From contig CBFHKU010000018.1 in assembly GCA_965656495.1 (NCBI GenBank), positions 1-19,616 on the forward strand: DNA of 19,616 nt, given 5' to 3'. Source of the stretch: Coraliomargaritaceae bacterium (lineage in GTDB: Bacteria > Verrucomicrobiota > Verrucomicrobiia > Opitutales > Coraliomargaritaceae). Shown piece by piece: positions 19,298-19,616 of the stretch. Within the stretch, counting starts at the first letter, position 1. Every line of letters starts with the position of its first letter. The notes under the pieces were generated by a model. The model ran no database searches, was not told the DNA's origin, and was given only the letters and a program-made list of their open reading frames with translations. Made by a program: the position numbers and the translations under genes.

Positions 19298-19369
19298 CGT
19301 GGAAGCGGCAATCCTGCCGCTTTGCTTGTACAGCTTGGGTTGAAAAGCGACAGGAGTGTCGCTTCCACG
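19298..19369. repeat. REP doublet (REPIN-like): two inverted 26-bp palindromic units
   Basis: CGTGGAAGCGGCAATCCTGCCGCTTT (19298-19323) and the reverse complement of 19344-19369 (CGTGGAAGCGACACTCCTGTCGCTTT) match at 23 of 26 positions. Each unit has a GTGG tag followed by an 8-bp-stem hairpin. It may also act as the argH terminator or mRNA stabiliser. Confidence 0.8.
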
Positions 19370-19376
19370 GCCGGTG

Positions 19377-19473
19377 GTTGAAGGTCGAACGTTGAGGGGG
19401 AGTGAGATTAAGATTAGGATTAAGAATAAGATTAAGAGAAGGTGGTTCCAACTTCCAACTTCCAACTAACAAC
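19377..19473. repeat. Cluster of short tandem repeats (heptamer, hexamer, heptamer)
   Basis: GTTGAAG-GTCGAAC-GTTGAGG (19377-19397); five GATTAA-like units (19406-19435); TTCCAAC x3 plus TAACAAC (19446-19473). Confidence 0.8.
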
Positions 19474-19482
19474 TGCGCAGTC

Positions 19483-19616
19483 TGATCGAGTTACCCAAAC
19501 TGGGCCAGAGCTTTCGTTAGTCTGGATGGGTTAATGATATGTTCTAAGTTGTAGAGTAAGTCAATGCTGGGGCGCAGGGAGGGCGTAGCCCGACCGGAGG
19601 CCCAGCATTGGGTTGG
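19483..19616 (-). mobile_element. Probable right end of an IS3-family insertion sequence, with the transposase C-terminus (truncated by the window)
   Basis: TGATCGAGTTACCCAAACTGGGCCAG resembles IS3-type 5'-TG terminal inverted repeats. The minus-strand frame is open from the window edge (PTQCWASGRATPSLRPS...RLTKALAQFG*) and stops inside this putative IR at 19491-19493. The partner IR and the DDE domain are not visible. Confidence 0.5.

Noticed and set aside
19298..19473. Possible CRISPR array
   Set aside because: The repeats are either inverted or 6-7-bp tandem units without unique spacers, and there are no cas genes.

Overview
GC-rich bacterial chromosomal segment made up mostly of housekeeping genes. 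Gene content and protein style suggest Verrucomicrobiota (Opitutales-like), but this is an inference only. Gene order: TPR/NlpI-like protein (-); MBL-fold hydrolase, ribD, rdgB (+); ispG, rseP, dxr, cdsA, uppS (-, transcribed from uppS to ispG); cysH (-); carboxy(nor)spermidine dehydrogenase (-); sufT (+); an uncharacterised protein with CinA-like and NadD-like motifs (+); mutL (-); YyaL/SSP411 thioredoxin-domain protein (+); argH (+). The last ~330 bp hold a REP doublet (REPIN-like), three short tandem-repeat tracts and the probable right end of an IS3-family element. I see no CRISPR array, RNA gene, phage or defence locus, and no clearly new multi-gene system. The best leads are a MutL that has lost its C-terminal endonuclease motifs, the CinA/NadD-like orphan gene with an SD-occluding hairpin upstream, an apparent GC-skew switch that does not follow gene orientation, and the terminal repeat cluster.
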